From NCBI GenBank assembly GCA_947624485.1, contig CANQKM010000007.1, positions 64,760-128,759 of the forward strand: a DNA stretch of 64,000 nucleotides, written 5' to 3'. This DNA is from an uncultured Clostridia bacterium (GTDB lineage: Bacteria; Bacillota; Clostridia; UBA1381). Under the pieces are notes generated by a model. That model searched no databases. It had not been told where the DNA came from and saw only the letters and a program-made list of their open reading frames with translations. Every line of letters begins with the position of its first letter. Position 1 is the stretch's first letter. The position numbers were made by a program, and so were the translations under genes. Shown one piece after another: positions 1 through 9,024 of the stretch.

Positions 1-2
1 TT

Positions 3-548
3 GAGGATGGCTCGTTCGGCATGGTCGAAGATATGAACAACTCGATACTCGCGTCAATAGGAAATATACTCGCTCCGATATTCGCGCCGCTCGGCTGGGG
101 CGACTGGAAGGCGGCTGTCGCGGCTGTAACGGGACTTATTGCGAAAGAGAACGTCGTCGGCACGTTCGGCATACTCTACGGCGGTTTCGCGGAGGTCGCG
201 GAGAATGGCTTCGAGGTATGGACGAATCTCGCGATGAATTTTACAAGGCTTTCGGCGTACTCGTTCCTCGTGTTTAACCTTTTGTGCGCTCCGTGCTTCG
301 CGGCAATCGGCGCGATAAAGCGCGAAATGAACAGCGCGAAGTGGACGTGGTTCGCTATCGGCTGGCAGTGCGCGCTCGCTTACGCGGTATCACTGTGCAT
401 CTACCAGCTCGGCACGCTCTTTACCGGCGGCGGCTTCGGCGTGGGTACCGTTGCGGCGATACTCGTTGTGATAGGCTTTATGTACCTGCTGCTGCGCCCG
501 TACAAGGAAAGCAAGACGCTGAGCGTCAAGGGCGGGCTTAAAGCGTAG
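3..548 (+). CDS. feoB: Ferrous iron transporter FeoB, C-terminal membrane domain (5' end outside window)
   Basis: ORF is open to the window edge. The translation is polytopic and hydrophobic, with a FeoB C-terminal-type run GWGDWKAAVAAVTGLIAKENVVGTFGILYG. It is followed by a FeoB-associated Cys-rich micro-ORF. Confidence 0.85.
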   Translation, partial: EDGSFGMVEDMNNSILASIGNILAPIFAPLGWGDWKAAVAAVTGLIAKENVVGTFGILYGGFAEVAENGFEVWTNLAMNFTRLSAYSFLVFNLLCAPCFAAIGAIKREMNSAKWTWFAIGWQCALAYAVSLCIYQLGTLFTGGGFGVGTVAAILVVIGFMYLLLRPYKESKTLSVKGGLKA

Positions 549-560
549 GAGGCGGTAAAA

Positions 561-695
561 ATGATTGCTACCGTAATAATCTGCGTAATACTCGCCGCGG
601 CGGTCACGCTTGCGCTTCGCTCGGTGATACGCACTCGCAAAAGCGGCGGGTGCGGCTGCGGCTGCGCCGACTGTCCGCACAAATGCAAAAAATAA
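561..695 (+). CDS. FeoB-associated Cys-rich membrane micro-protein (44 aa; below ORF-track cutoff)
   Basis: ATG at 561 lies 8 nt after a GGAGG and just after the feoB stop. Hand translation is MIATVIICVILAAAVTLALRSVIRTRKSGGCGCGCADCPHKCKK, one TM helix plus a Cys-rich tail. Confidence 0.7.
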   Translation: MIATVIICVILAAAVTLALRSVIRTRKSGGCGCGCADCPHKCKK

Positions 696-717
696 AATCC
701 CCCATTTTTTGTCATCG

Positions 718-744
718 GGGCGGGCTTATGTCCGCCCTTTTCTC
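718..744 (+). terminator. Rho-independent terminator after the feoB unit
   Basis: GGGCGG, 8-nt loop, CCGCCC, followed by TTTTCTC. Confidence 0.6.
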
Positions 745-793
745 ATGTCGTTTTCACCGCAAAAATTTTTTATAAAAACTTTTGCAAAACCCC

Positions 794-845
794 TTGACAA
801 ATATATACTGCGGGTGTAGTATATAGATATACTACATGTGCAGTA
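794..845 (+). promoter_or_regulatory. Promoter with nested inverted repeats (candidate BlaI-type operator)
   Basis: TTGACA (794-799), 18-nt spacer, TAGTAT (818-823). It overlaps the inverted repeats TACTGC...GCAGTA and GTAGTATAT-AG-ATATACTAC (806-845), which carry TACA/TGTA-type half sites. Confidence 0.55.
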
Positions 846-873
846 ATTAAAATATATCAAAGGAGTCATAGCT

Positions 874-1260
874 ATGAAACTCAAAAAAATACCCGAAACG
901 GAACTGGATATCATGCAGGTGATATGGTCAAATCCCACACCCATCACGACGACCGACATAAAGCGCGAGCTTGAAAAGACGCGTCCGTGGAGCCAAGGGG
1001 CGCTGCAGTCTCTCCTTTCACGTCTCGCGGAGAGAGGATTTTTGAAAACGGGCGTTCTCGGAAAGAGCAAGACGTTTGAGCCGCTCGTTACCGAGGACGA
1101 CTATTTAATGGTCGAGAGCGCGTCGTTTTTTAAGCGGTTCGGCGAGAAGGGTACGATAACGGGACTTGTCACCGCGCTGTACGACAGCAAAACAATATCG
1201 GAAAAGGACATCGAGGAGTTGGACGCATTTATTGAGAAGATAAAGAAAGAGGGAAAGTAA
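874..1260 (+). CDS. BlaI/MecI/CopY-family winged-helix transcriptional repressor
   Basis: 128 aa. The N-terminal pattern ELDIMQVIW...T..DI...L......W...ALQSLLSRLAERGFL is typical of the family. It lies 1 nt upstream of an M56 peptidase gene. Confidence 0.85.
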   Translation: MKLKKIPETELDIMQVIWSNPTPITTTDIKRELEKTRPWSQGALQSLLSRLAERGFLKTGVLGKSKTFEPLVTEDDYLMVESASFFKRFGEKGTITGLVTALYDSKTISEKDIEELDAFIEKIKKEGK

Positions 1261-1261
1261 T

Positions 1262-2677
1262 ATGGAAAATCTGATGATCGACATTATCGAAATTACTCTG
1301 CCCATAAGCGTATGGATTGCGCTGCTTCTCCTGTGCGCGCCCATACTGAAGCGGAGCTACGTTTCAAAATGGCGTTACTACATGTGGCTTTTCGTCGCGG
1401 CGCGGCTCGTTCTGCCGTTTAAGATAAGCCTCGCGAAATCCATTACAATGCCCATTCCGCAGACGATCCCGACGGCTGCGCAGACGCCCGTTGTTGCCGC
1501 AGCGGGGATAGACGTGCAAAAGCTCGTCACGTTCGTATGGATTTTGGGCGTTATCGTGTTCGCGCTGTACCAGACGGCAAAATACATATCATTTTCCGGC
1601 ATGGTGCGCCGCTGGGCGAAAAACGTGACGGACGAGAGGATATTACACGCCGTAAAGGCGGCGAAGGACTTCGCGGGAGTGACACGCGATTTTAACGTAA
1701 AGCTCTGCAAAGCGGTCACAACGCCTATGGTATTCGGCATAGTAACGCCTGTGCTGCTGCTCCCCTGCATCGACTTCACCGACGCGGAGCTTACCATAGT
1801 GCTGCGCCACGAGCTTGTGCATATGAGACGGCGCGACATTTGGTACAAGCTGCTTGTCATGACCGCGAGAGCCGTTCACTGGTTTAACCCGATGGTTCAC
1901 ATCATGGCAAGCGCGGCTGACCGCGACATGGAATTTGCGTGCGACGCGGAGGTCGTGAGAAGTCAGAACGTCGATTACCGCCGCGGCTACTGCGAAACGA
2001 TACTGCGCCTCGTTCACAACGGACGCGGACGCGGCACGGCTCTTTCGACCTGCTTCTTCTTTTCAAAGAAAACGGTCTTGGAGCGGTTTAAGGGTATACT
2101 CGACGAAAAGATAAAGCGCAGCGGCGTTGTGATGTTCTGTGTCATAGCCGTATCGGTGGCTGTGTCGGGCGGCGTTATCACGTTCGCGGCAGACAGCGTC
2201 GCGGAGGTGATAGAGGACGATTTGGGTATAGTGGAACGTCCCACTCCCCCGCCCGCAGCTGCGCCCGAACCGACAGCCGAGCCGCAGCCGGTTTACGAGG
2301 ACGATACTGACGACACATATTACGAGCCCGAAAGCGACGACAGCGCTGACGGGTATGTATACGAGGACGATTACACCGCTCCCGAATATGAGGACTACTC
2401 GGACTACGTTCCCGACGAACCCGCGGCCGACAACAGCGTAAACGACATCACAATAGGCGACGAGCGCGGCAGCGTGTATGACAGGCTCGGCGAGCCGGAA
2501 AGCTCGGCAGCTAACGGCATGAAGGACACTTACTCGCTTGACGACGGTTCGACAGCCGTGCTGCAGTACGAGGACGGCACGCTCGAACACGTATACATCG
2601 TCGAGCCGTCCGGCGGCGAAGCCGACACGGACAGTACCGGCGTTTCCGCTGACGGGGCGGAAACGTTGGAGGAATAA
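1262..2677 (+). CDS. M56-family (BlaR1/MecR1-like) membrane metalloprotease/signal transducer with non-canonical C-terminal region
   Basis: N-terminal TM helices and an HELVH zinc motif (RHELVHMRRRDIWYKLLV). There is no PBP-like sensor. Instead it has an extra TM helix, a Pro- then Asp/Glu/Tyr-rich linker and a ~53-aa C-terminal module. Confidence 0.8.
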   Translation: MENLMIDIIEITLPISVWIALLLLCAPILKRSYVSKWRYYMWLFVAARLVLPFKISLAKSITMPIPQTIPTAAQTPVVAAAGIDVQKLVTFVWILGVIVFALYQTAKYISFSGMVRRWAKNVTDERILHAVKAAKDFAGVTRDFNVKLCKAVTTPMVFGIVTPVLLLPCIDFTDAELTIVLRHELVHMRRRDIWYKLLVMTARAVHWFNPMVHIMASAADRDMEFACDAEVVRSQNVDYRRGYCETILRLVHNGRGRGTALSTCFFFSKKTVLERFKGILDEKIKRSGVVMFCVIAVSVAVSGGVITFAADSVAEVIEDDLGIVERPTPPPAAAPEPTAEPQPVYEDDTDDTYYEPESDDSADGYVYEDDYTAPEYEDYSDYVPDEPAADNSVNDITIGDERGSVYDRLGEPESSAANGMKDTYSLDDGSTAVLQYEDGTLEHVYIVEPSGGEADTDSTGVSADGAETLEE

Positions 2678-2712
2678 AAGGATAAAATGTATAGGATAAA
2701 AGGTGATTTGAA

Positions 2713-2970
2713 ATGAAAAGAAAAATATTCGCAGCCTTGCTCATAGCGGCTCTTGCCGCACCGTCTGCGGCTCTTGCCGCAACGGTGAGCGAAGGCGAAT
2801 TTGCCGCTCTGCCTCTCGGCACGAGCAAAAGCGACGTTCACGCGTCGCTCGGCAATCCCGAAACAGCGTCGGTAAACGGCGTTAAGGAGGTATACCGCCT
2901 GACGGACGGCGGCAGAGCCGTACTCATGTACAGCGGCGGTCACACGTATTTCGGATTTATAGTGCATTAA
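2713..2970 (+). CDS. Small secreted protein (85 aa), paralogue of the C-terminal module of the preceding M56 protein
   Basis: Signal peptide MKRKIFAALLIAALAAPSAALA. The mature part aligns without gaps to residues ~396-448 of the M56 protein (20/53 identities counted by hand). Confidence 0.6.
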   Translation: MKRKIFAALLIAALAAPSAALAATVSEGEFAALPLGTSKSDVHASLGNPETASVNGVKEVYRLTDGGRAVLMYSGGHTYFGFIVH

Positions 2971-2983
2971 GGAGGCGGGCGAA

Positions 2984-5587
2984 ATGAAAAAGAAGATTAT
3001 CGGTATAATTTTATGTGCTGCAATGCTCGCTACTGCAACATCGGCGTTCGCGCGCGAAATCGTGCACGTGTCCGACTGGGCGTACAACGACGTAAGCGTG
3101 TTCACGAGCGAGGATTTGATTACGGAGGGACTCGCCGACGTGTCGGATTACAGACAGAACATAACGCGCGGTCAGTTTATAGAGCTTATGTGCAGTGTGC
3201 TTATAAAGACGATACAAATTAACAAAAACTACGTTCACCCGGCATGGTACAATTACTTTGAGGACATAGGCGACAATTACTATTATCAGCTTGCCATCGG
3301 CAATCATCTCGTAAACGGCGAAACGCTCGAAAGCGAAACGAACGAATACGGCGTCACGACCGTTACGCGCGCAAGGCTTCGCCCCGACGAGCCGATTACA
3401 CGTCAGGACGCGGCTGTGCTCGCGCTTGAAACTCTCGGCCGCTTAGACTTCACGCGTGAGGAAAACTATACGGTTTACAGCACCACCGAATTTGACGCGG
3501 ACGGCAGAGGTTTGGAAATTCCATACAAATCGAAGCTCACATACGACGACGCGGACAGCGTTGCCGACTACGCGGCGCGCGCCGTTTACGCGCTCAGCGA
3601 CCTCGGGCTTATGCAGGGCATGGGTAAAAACAACTTCGAGCCGCTCGGCAATATCACGGTAGAGCAGGCAATATCGCTGCTTTACAGAATTTACCGCATA
3701 TACCCGCACGCCGCCTACCCCGACGGCACAGGTATTACGGCTGACACGGAAAAGACGATTAAAACGTACGAAAACGGATATACCGAAACAAAGCTCGGCG
3801 AAACACTCTACCTCAAAAAGGACGGCGTGAGCATACCGTTTGACACGGACATTTATTCAAATATATACTGCAGCACGGCGAGCGACGGGAACGTGTACGC
3901 CGCCGCGCAGACGTACAGCGACACGACGGATATATTTAACGCCGTGACGGGCGAGCTTTTAGTCACAATCCCCGTCTACACGTACAAAACCGACGCGGAT
4001 TACATATACGTAAAGGCGGCGAAATCGGGCGCAACGACGTTCGGTCTGTATGATTACTCCGGCAAGGAGATTCTTCCGGCGAAGTATTCAATGTCAGAGA
4101 TAGATTATATGATAAAGAACGGCTTTAAGGAGCCGGAGTACAGCCGCCGCGCTCCCGACGGCTGGATCTACTACGCCGACTGGTCGGACGGCGGTCATAT
4201 GTACAGGGTCGACTCGAACGGTGAAAACAAGCAGAAAATATCCGACGAGGACTGCTACGATATAAGCTACTACAACGGCAGACTTTATTATCACATACGC
4301 GGCAAGGACGAGGGCTGTCTGTTCACGATGCTCCCCGACGGCAGCGACGTGACAAAGCTGTCCGACGGCTTCTGCTACGGCATATTGGGCGACTTCCTCA
4401 CATACGAGGACGGCTCGCCCTTGAGTGCGGACTACACGCAGAACAAGCCGTATATGTTCTTCCTTGACAGCATTGAAAAAGATGGCGTCACGTACTCACA
4501 GCGCTTGCTTTACAGGCTCACCTACGAAAACGGCAAGGCGCATAAAGAGCTTGTGACCGACGACTGCGGTTCGCTTTACAGAGTAGCCGCAAAGGATAAG
4601 AGTGAGAAATCATGGCTTTACTTCACGAGCGCAAAAACGAGGGTGGACGACACATCGGAGTCATATCTTTACAGAACGGACGGCGATGTTGTGGAATGTG
4701 TAAACGATAAAGTAAAAATAAAGTATTTCTCCCCGATAACCACCACCGACGGCAGAACGCTTTTCCATATAGAAGGTCCGTATAATGATGAAACGGAGTC
4801 GTATGAGTACGACTATGTAGCGGATTTGGACTTAAACTACATCGAGGAATATGACGATGAAAAGTGGGAATACATAGTAGACGGCATAAAGGTTAAGCAT
4901 GTATCGACGCTCAACGAGGACGGCTCGCAATCCTTCAGTTATGTGCCGATAGATCCGTCGGACAATGCAGAGTTCTACAAGGGCAAAATTTCCGGTGCGT
5001 CTAAGGACGACGCGCTCAGCGACGACAAGTATTCCGTATACGACGACAACGACAGCGGAATGTTCTATACCTCCGACCCCGAAGGCGGAGAACGTCATAA
5101 GCTCTTGGACGGTGCGGATATATCTGATATACAGCGTTTCGGCAACAAGCTGTACTGCCTCGATTACCATTACGGCGACACCTCGCGCATCGACGGTACG
5201 ATATATTCGGTAGATATGGATACGGGTGAAACCAAGGCAATATGCGACGATGTGTACAGCATCATATACACGACCGACAATGCGATTTTGTATACCGGCA
5301 CCGATTTAAACAGGCGCAGACTTGACGTAAACACGGACACCGTTTCCGAGGTGTACCCTAACAGCAACAAAAACCGCTACGGAAAACCGATTGAGTTTTG
5401 GAGAAACGGCAGCACAAACCTTACAAAGCTCGACGAGGACGGCAATATGAGCGATATTCTGACCGATGACGTAAACGTAAATTATATGATATACGTTCCG
5501 AACGGCAGCAATACCGAAGTGGATATTAACCGCTACGGCTGGGAGCCTGTAAGCTATGGTGATGACAGATTATACAGGCTGGGATAA
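2984..5587 (+). CDS. Large secreted cell-surface protein: SLH-like N-terminal repeats plus DUF5050-like Tyr/Asp-rich repeat region
   Basis: Signal peptide present. SLH-like segments are seen (e.g. ADYAARAVYALSDLGLMQGMGKNNFEPLGNITVEQAISLLYRIY). Repeated ...YY.D..DGG.MYR.D.NG.....I.. blades are typical of DUF5050. Confidence 0.5.
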   Translation: MKKKIIGIILCAAMLATATSAFAREIVHVSDWAYNDVSVFTSEDLITEGLADVSDYRQNITRGQFIELMCSVLIKTIQINKNYVHPAWYNYFEDIGDNYYYQLAIGNHLVNGETLESETNEYGVTTVTRARLRPDEPITRQDAAVLALETLGRLDFTREENYTVYSTTEFDADGRGLEIPYKSKLTYDDADSVADYAARAVYALSDLGLMQGMGKNNFEPLGNITVEQAISLLYRIYRIYPHAAYPDGTGITADTEKTIKTYENGYTETKLGETLYLKKDGVSIPFDTDIYSNIYCSTASDGNVYAAAQTYSDTTDIFNAVTGELLVTIPVYTYKTDADYIYVKAAKSGATTFGLYDYSGKEILPAKYSMSEIDYMIKNGFKEPEYSRRAPDGWIYYADWSDGGHMYRVDSNGENKQKISDEDCYDISYYNGRLYYHIRGKDEGCLFTMLPDGSDVTKLSDGFCYGILGDFLTYEDGSPLSADYTQNKPYMFFLDSIEKDGVTYSQRLLYRLTYENGKAHKELVTDDCGSLYRVAAKDKSEKSWLYFTSAKTRVDDTSESYLYRTDGDVVECVNDKVKIKYFSPITTTDGRTLFHIEGPYNDETESYEYDYVADLDLNYIEEYDDEKWEYIVDGIKVKHVSTLNEDGSQSFSYVPIDPSDNAEFYKGKISGASKDDALSDDKYSVYDDNDSGMFYTSDPEGGERHKLLDGADISDIQRFGNKLYCLDYHYGDTSRIDGTIYSVDMDTGETKAICDDVYSIIYTTDNAILYTGTDLNRRRLDVNTDTVSEVYPNSNKNRYGKPIEFWRNGSTNLTKLDEDGNMSDILTDDVNVNYMIYVPNGSNTEVDINRYGWEPVSYGDDRLYRLG

Positions 5588-5665
5588 TGCTTATTTCCGT
5601 GATTTCGGCAAGTAAAATATTGGTTACGCTTACTTCCGTAATTTCGGTATAGGATAAAAGGGAAA

Positions 5666-5698
5666 GCCCCGACGCGTCATATACGCGTCGGGGCTTTT
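5666..5698. terminator. Bidirectional intrinsic terminator between convergent genes
   Basis: 12-bp perfect stem GCCCCGACGCGT / ACGCGTCGGGGC with a 5-nt loop. It is flanked by an A-run and a T-run. Confidence 0.8.
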
Positions 5699-5708
5699 CA
5701 TATGTTTT

Positions 5709-7010
5709 TTACAGCACATCGTTTTTGATGAGGTCGTCGTAGCTTTCGCGCTTTACGATTACCCTTGCGCTGCCGTCCGAAACAGCTACCATAGCCGGAC
5801 GGGGTATTCTGTTGTAGTTGCTCGCCATTGAATAGTTGTACGCGCCGGTCGCAAGTACGGCAAGCGTATCGCCGACGTGTATCTCCGGCATCATCGCGTC
5901 ATTCAGGAGTATGTCGCCCGACTCGCAGCACTTGCCCGCTATCGTCACCTTTTCGGTGCGCGCCGCGTTTGCGTTATTCGCGACGACAGCCTCGTACTCG
6001 GACTGGTAGAGAATGTAGCGCGGGTTGTCGCCCATTCCGCCGTCTACCGATATGTATTTCCTGACGTTCTTTATATCCTTAACGCCGCCGACGGTGTAAA
6101 GCGTCACGCCCGCGGGCGCGGCTATCGAGCGTCCGGGTTCCATGAGTATGAACGGCAGCTTTACGTTTCTCCTTTCCGCCGCCGCCTTCACGACCTCGCT
6201 GACGTGCTTTATATACTCGTCATAGGGTACGGGATCGTCGTTTTCGGTATACATTATGCCGTAGCCGCCGCCGAGGTTAAGCTGCTCTATTTCAAGACCG
6301 AGCTTGTCCTTCACGTCGCCGATAAAGTTCATCATAATGTCGGCAGCCTCTTTGAACGGCTCTATGTCGAAAATCTGCGAGCCGATGTGACAGTGTACGC
6401 CCACTACCTTCACATTCGACATTTTGCATGCCTTTTCCGTTATCTCAAACGCCTCGCCGTTTTCGAGCGCGACGCCGAATTTCGAGTCTATCTGTCCCGT
6501 ACGGATAAAGCTGTGCGTGTGCGCGTCAACGCCCGGCTTTATGCGGAACATGATATTCTGTACCGCGCCGTATCTCTTAGCTGTTTCGTTGAGCGTTTCA
6601 AGCTCGTACACGTTATCGACGATAAAGCAGCCCACGCCGCTCTTAACGGCAAAATCTATCTCGTCGGCTGTTTTGTTGTTGCCGTGGAAGTACACCTTGT
6701 CCATCGGGAAACCCGCCTTTATCGCGGTGTAAAGCTCGCCGCCCGACACAACGTCTACGCCGAGACCCTCCTCCATAGCGGCGCGGCACGTAAAGAGCGT
6801 ACAGAGCGCCTTGTTCGCGTACAGCACAAGACCGTTGCCGCCGTAGTACTTGTCCATCGCGTTTTTGTAAACGCGGCAGTTCTTTCTGAACAAGTCCTCG
6901 TCAAGCACGTAAAGCGGCGTGCCGAATTCCTTCGCAAGCTCCACCGCGTCATTTTTGCCTATCACAAGATGATTTTTTTCGTTTACAGATAAGTTTTCTG
7001 ATACAAACAT
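5709..7010 (-). CDS. lysA: Diaminopimelate decarboxylase
   Basis: 433 aa. Full-length match in pattern to PLP-dependent LysA (GTPLYVLDE..., ...HCHIGSQ..., EPGR..., CESGD). Confidence 0.9.
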   Translation of the reverse strand: MFVSENLSVNEKNHLVIGKNDAVELAKEFGTPLYVLDEDLFRKNCRVYKNAMDKYYGGNGLVLYANKALCTLFTCRAAMEEGLGVDVVSGGELYTAIKAGFPMDKVYFHGNNKTADEIDFAVKSGVGCFIVDNVYELETLNETAKRYGAVQNIMFRIKPGVDAHTHSFIRTGQIDSKFGVALENGEAFEITEKACKMSNVKVVGVHCHIGSQIFDIEPFKEAADIMMNFIGDVKDKLGLEIEQLNLGGGYGIMYTENDDPVPYDEYIKHVSEVVKAAAERRNVKLPFILMEPGRSIAAPAGVTLYTVGGVKDIKNVRKYISVDGGMGDNPRYILYQSEYEAVVANNANAARTEKVTIAGKCCESGDILLNDAMMPEIHVGDTLAVLATGAYNYSMASNYNRIPRPAMVAVSDGSARVIVKRESYDDLIKNDVL

Positions 7011-7042
7011 TGTAATTGTCCCGCCTTCCTACTTAATATTAA

Positions 7043-7084
7043 GGCGCTCAGCGCGCACGAACTACGTGCGGCATACCGAGCGCC
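7043..7084 (-). terminator. Stem-loop downstream of clpX (probable terminator, weak U-tract)
   Basis: GGCGCTC...GAGCGCC outer stem with an inner CGCACG-TAGTT-CGTGCG stem. Only TTAATATT follows on the minus strand. Confidence 0.4.
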
Positions 7085-7114
7085 CCTTTGCACCGTTTTA
7101 ACGCGTACCGCGTT

Positions 7115-8374
7115 TTAAGCCGTTTCTCTTTTTTCCGCGGCTTTCGCCGCCTTTTTGTCCTCGCGTATGACTTTGGGCATTTTGCCGTCCGTAATACATT
7201 TCTTGTCAATGATTACGGTCCTTACGCTGTTGTCGGACGGTATCTCGAACATGACCTCGTTCATCGCGCCTTCGATTATGGAGCGAAGTCCGCGCGCGCC
7301 CGTTCCGAGCTCGATCGCTTTGTCGGCTATCGCCTCGATCGCTTCTTCCTCAAATTCAAGCTTTACGCCGTCGAACGCGAACAGCGCCTTGTACTGCTTT
7401 ATGAGCGCGTTTTTCGGCTCGGTCAGTATCTGCACGAGCGTTTCTCGGTCAAGCCTGTCGAGTTTCGTGTACACGGGCAGTCTGCCTATAAATTCGGGGA
7501 TAAGTCCGTATTTCTGCAAGTCCTGCGGTATAAGCTCGCTCAAAAGCTCGCTCATATCCTTTTCCTTACGGCTCTTTATGTCCGCGCCGAAACCCAAGCC
7601 CTGCTTGCCTATACGGTTCTCGATTATTTTGTCGATACCCTCGAACGCTCCGCCGCATATGAACAGGATATTCGTAGTGTCAAGCTGGATAAATTCCTGC
7701 TGCGGGTGCTTTCTGCCGCCCTGCGGCGGTACGGACGCGACCGTTCCTTCAAGCACCTTTAGGAGCGCCTGCTGAACGCCCTCGCCGCTTACGTCGCGCG
7801 TTATGGACACGTTCTCGGTCTTTTTCGCTATCTTATCGATCTCGTCGATGTAGATAATGCCGCGCTCCGCGTCCTCGACCTCGTAATCGGCAGCCTGTAT
7901 AAGCTTCAGCAGAATATTCTCCACATCCTCGCCGACGTAACCCGCTTCGGTGAGCGACGTCGCGTCCGCTATCGCGAACGGTACGTTCAGTATTTTTGCA
8001 AGGTTCTGCACAAGGAACGTCTTGCCGCTGCCCGTGGGGCCTATCATGAGAATGTTGCTTTTCTGAAGCTCCACGTCCTGCGCCTTGTCGGCGTTCGCAA
8101 TACGCTTGTAGTGGTTGTATACCGCCACCGACAGGATTTTCTTCGCTTCCTCCTGCCCTATCACGTAATCGTCGAGAAACGCTTTTATCTCGCGGGGCTT
8201 CGGGAGGTCGTCGGGCGAAAAGTCTCTGCCGCCGTCGTACGCTCCGCCCAAAATCTCGTTGCACATCGCGACGCACTCGTCGCAGATGTACACGCCGTTG
8301 CCCGAAAGCAGCTTGTTTACCTGGTTTTCGTTCTTTCCGCAGAAGGAGCAGATATAATGTCTTGTCTCTTCCAT
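7115..8374 (-). CDS. clpX: ATP-dependent Clp protease ATP-binding subunit ClpX
   Basis: N-terminal zinc-binding CSFCGK...CDEC, Walker A GPTGSGKT, and IYIDEIDK. Confidence 0.97.
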   Translation of the reverse strand: MEETRHYICSFCGKNENQVNKLLSGNGVYICDECVAMCNEILGGAYDGGRDFSPDDLPKPREIKAFLDDYVIGQEEAKKILSVAVYNHYKRIANADKAQDVELQKSNILMIGPTGSGKTFLVQNLAKILNVPFAIADATSLTEAGYVGEDVENILLKLIQAADYEVEDAERGIIYIDEIDKIAKKTENVSITRDVSGEGVQQALLKVLEGTVASVPPQGGRKHPQQEFIQLDTTNILFICGGAFEGIDKIIENRIGKQGLGFGADIKSRKEKDMSELLSELIPQDLQKYGLIPEFIGRLPVYTKLDRLDRETLVQILTEPKNALIKQYKALFAFDGVKLEFEEEAIEAIADKAIELGTGARGLRSIIEGAMNEVMFEIPSDNSVRTVIIDKKCITDGKMPKVIREDKKAAKAAEKRETA

Positions 8375-8397
8375 ATATATACCTCTCAGTAAAGATG

Positions 8398-9003
8398 TTA
8401 CTTGGACTTTCTCTCTATTACCTCGTCCACAAGTCCGTATTCCTTCGCTTCGAGTGCGGTCATGAAGTTGTCGCGCTCAGTGTCGGCGCATACCTTTTCG
8501 TAAGACTGACCTGTCTTTTCCGCAAGGATACGGTTCATCTTTTCCTTCGTTCTCATAAGGTGTCTGGCGTAGATGTCAACGTCCGTCGCCTGACCGCTCA
8601 GTCCGCCGCCGGAAATAAGCGGCTGGTGAATCATTATTTCGCTGTTGGGCAGCGCGAAGCGCTTACCCTTTGCGCCGGCTGACAAAAGGAACGCTCCCAT
8701 GCTCGCAGCCATGCCTATGCATATCGTGGACACGTCGCACTTTATATACTGCATAGTGTCGTAGATCGCCATACCCGCCGTTATCGAGCCTCCCGGCGAG
8801 TCGATGTAGAACTGAATGTCCTTGTCGGGATCCTTCGCTTCGAGAAAAAGCATCTGCGCGACGACAAGGCTCGACGTCGCGTTGTCGACCTGATCTGCGA
8901 GGAATATTATTCTGTCCTCCAAAAGTCTCGAATAAATGTCGTATGAACGTTCGCCTCTGTTGGTTTGCTCAACGACCATAGGTACCAATGCCATAGTATT
9001 CAT
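8398..9003 (-). CDS. clpP: ATP-dependent Clp protease proteolytic subunit ClpP
   Basis: [16 protein letters not shown], catalytic GMAASMG, and IMIHQP. Confidence 0.97.
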   Translation of the reverse strand: MNTMALVPMVVEQTNRGERSYDIYSRLLEDRIIFLADQVDNATSSLVVAQMLFLEAKDPDKDIQFYIDSPGGSITAGMAIYDTMQYIKCDVSTICIGMAASMGAFLLSAGAKGKRFALPNSEIMIHQPLISGGGLSGQATDVDIYARHLMRTKEKMNRILAEKTGQSYEKVCADTERDNFMTALEAKEYGLVDEVIERKSK

Positions 9004-9024
9004 TCCTTTCGCTGTTTGTGAAAT

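Noticed and set aside
7011-7114. Lysine (L-box) riboswitch upstream of lysA
   Set aside because: Only 104 nt are available, and the single large stem-loop sits where the clpX terminator is expected. None of the multi-helix L-box junction is evident. lysA may simply be read from a short promoter region or by read-through from clpX.
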